In this document: one piece after another, positions 35,285-36,130 of the stretch | Layout of the letters: each line of letters starts with the position of its first letter | How positions within the stretch are numbered: the stretch's first letter is position 1 | Virus record (IMG/VR): IMGVR_UViG_3300049004_000013 | Span: 1-36,130 of that record | Source: a virus | Taxonomy: Duplodnaviria; Caudoviricetes | Direction: 5' to 3' (one strand) | DNA: 36,130 nt | The notes under the pieces: generated by a model | Databases searched by the model: none | What the model was told of the DNA's origin: nothing | What the model saw: the letters and a program-made list of their open reading frames with translations, nothing else | Program-made: the position numbers and the translations under genes

Positions 35285-35448
35285 CGCAATGGGAATGGCT
35301 CCAGCTCGGCATCAAAGAGGGCTGGTGCTCGGAGCTGGTCTGCGATACCCATGATGGCCTGCCGTCCCTCGGCCCCGAGGAGGATGCAGCCTGGGAGGCC
35401 GGCGAGGACCCCTGCGTGGCGGCCGTGCGGATCTACGAGGTCATGTAG
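35281..35448 (+). CDS. small hypothetical protein
   Basis: Read by hand: GWCSELVCDTHDG...DPC. Confidence 0.6.
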   Translation: MTQWEWLQLGIKEGWCSELVCDTHDGLPSLGPEEDAAWEAGEDPCVAAVRIYEVM

Positions 35449-35809
35449 CCCAGCGGCCGGGCATCACGAACAGCGGTCTGATCCACGTCGGGTACGGGCC
35501 GCGGGCGAAGATCACCACGCCCTGGACGTCCTCCCGCTCGCCCTTGGCCTTCTCCATCGAGGCCCCGGTGGTGAGGACGTCGTCGACGATCAGGAGGCCG
35601 CCCTCGTCCTTCTGGTAGCGCCTCATCGCAATGCCCAGGCGCAGGCCGCCCTGGGGTATGCCGATAACGGTGGAGAACGGCTTCAGGCGAGGAGCCATGA
35701 AGGCGGCAATGTTGTCGATGTCCTTCTGGGTCAGGGCGTCGCAGTCGATGAGGAAATCGGCCTTGTCCCCGGAGTGCAGCGTGAATTCGCCGTGCTTGAA
35801 GATGGACAT
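35441..35809 (-). CDS. minimal type I phosphoribosyltransferase (orotate PRTase-like)
   Basis: GEFTLHSG, GIPQGG, PRPP loop LIVDDVLTTGAS. Confidence 0.85.
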   Translation of the reverse strand: MSIFKHGEFTLHSGDKADFLIDCDALTQKDIDNIAAFMAPRLKPFSTVIGIPQGGLRLGIAMRRYQKDEGGLLIVDDVLTTGASMEKAKGEREDVQGVVIFARGPYPTWIRPLFVMPGRWAT

Positions 35810-35905
35810 TCAGTCCCCGCAGCAATGGTGCTTGCGGCCACAGTGCGGGCACAGCCAGCGGGTAGCGACAGGATCGAATTCCTCGCCGCAGCTCTCACAC
35901 ACCAT
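35810..35905 (-). CDS. 31-aa Zn-ribbon microprotein
   Basis: Read by hand: MVCESCGEEFDPVATRWLCPHCGRKHHCCGD*; GGAG RBS. Confidence 0.65.
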   Translation of the reverse strand: MVCESCGEEFDPVATRWLCPHCGRKHHCCGD

Positions 35906-36059
35906 GGTCGATGCTCCAGCACGCCCGCAGCTCGTCCATGTAGCGGGCCTCCTGCTCGGCCAGGGCACGCAGGGCCACCATGTCATTGGCGGCCAGGGCG
36001 CGCTCGGCGGCTTCGAGGTTCTCCTGCAGTGCCCGCCAGATCTCGGCCTCAGCCGTCAC
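35895..36059 (-). CDS. small helical hypothetical protein
   Basis: Read by hand: VTAEAEIWRALQENLEAAE... Confidence 0.55.
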   Translation of the reverse strand: MTAEAEIWRALQENLEAAERALAANDMVALRALAEQEARYMDELRACWSIDHGV

Positions 36060-36130
36060 CGGGCATTTCCCTGGCGCTTGTAGTGCTTCTGGGGCATGAC
36101 CACACGCCGGATGCGGTTGGCGGCGCCCTG
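36056..36130 (-). CDS. 3' end of an upstream gene (partial)
   Basis: Open frame ...RRVVMPQKHYKRQGNAR* with GTGA overlap. Confidence 0.45.
   Translation of the reverse strand, partial: QGAANRIRRVVMPQKHYKRQGNAR

Noticed and set aside
1-36130. Prophage boundary or host chromosomal DNA
   Set aside because: No integrase, att-like repeat or housekeeping operon; host-like genes are embedded among phage-style coupled ORFs

Overview
A 36 kb segment of a high-GC (about two-thirds G+C by eye) tailed dsDNA bacteriophage, most likely an actinophage (it encodes a WhiB protein and uses actinobacterial-style leaderless promoters). No capsid/tail genes, integrase, tRNA or CRISPR array are recognisable. Most genes lie on the + strand. 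1-6 kb: DnaB helicase, primase, SWIM-finger protein, SNF2 helicase. 6-11.3 kb: an early/accessory island with repeated promoter modules and GC hairpins, a TGT/DpdA-like protein and a DUF932 protein. 11.6-22.2 kb: replication/recombination genes (family-4 UDG, HTH, SSB, PolA, RecA, resolvase, an in-frame WhiB/Cas4-like ORF, dNMP kinase, RuvC, SpoVS). 22.2-31.2 kb: hypotheticals, an HhH-like protein, a candidate ncRNA, and a nucleotidyltransferase / HAD-like / second TGT-like cassette. 31.2-36.1 kb: DNA methyltransferase, dCMP deaminase, ART-like protein, minimal PRTase. The best leads are two TGT-fold proteins (one apparently lacking the nucleophilic Asp and fused to a Cys4 plus helical domain), a promoter- and terminator-bounded ~180 nt structured non-coding RNA, a 118 nt long hairpin before the methyltransferase, and repeated operator/promoter modules. 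All family calls come from motif recognition by eye, not database searches.
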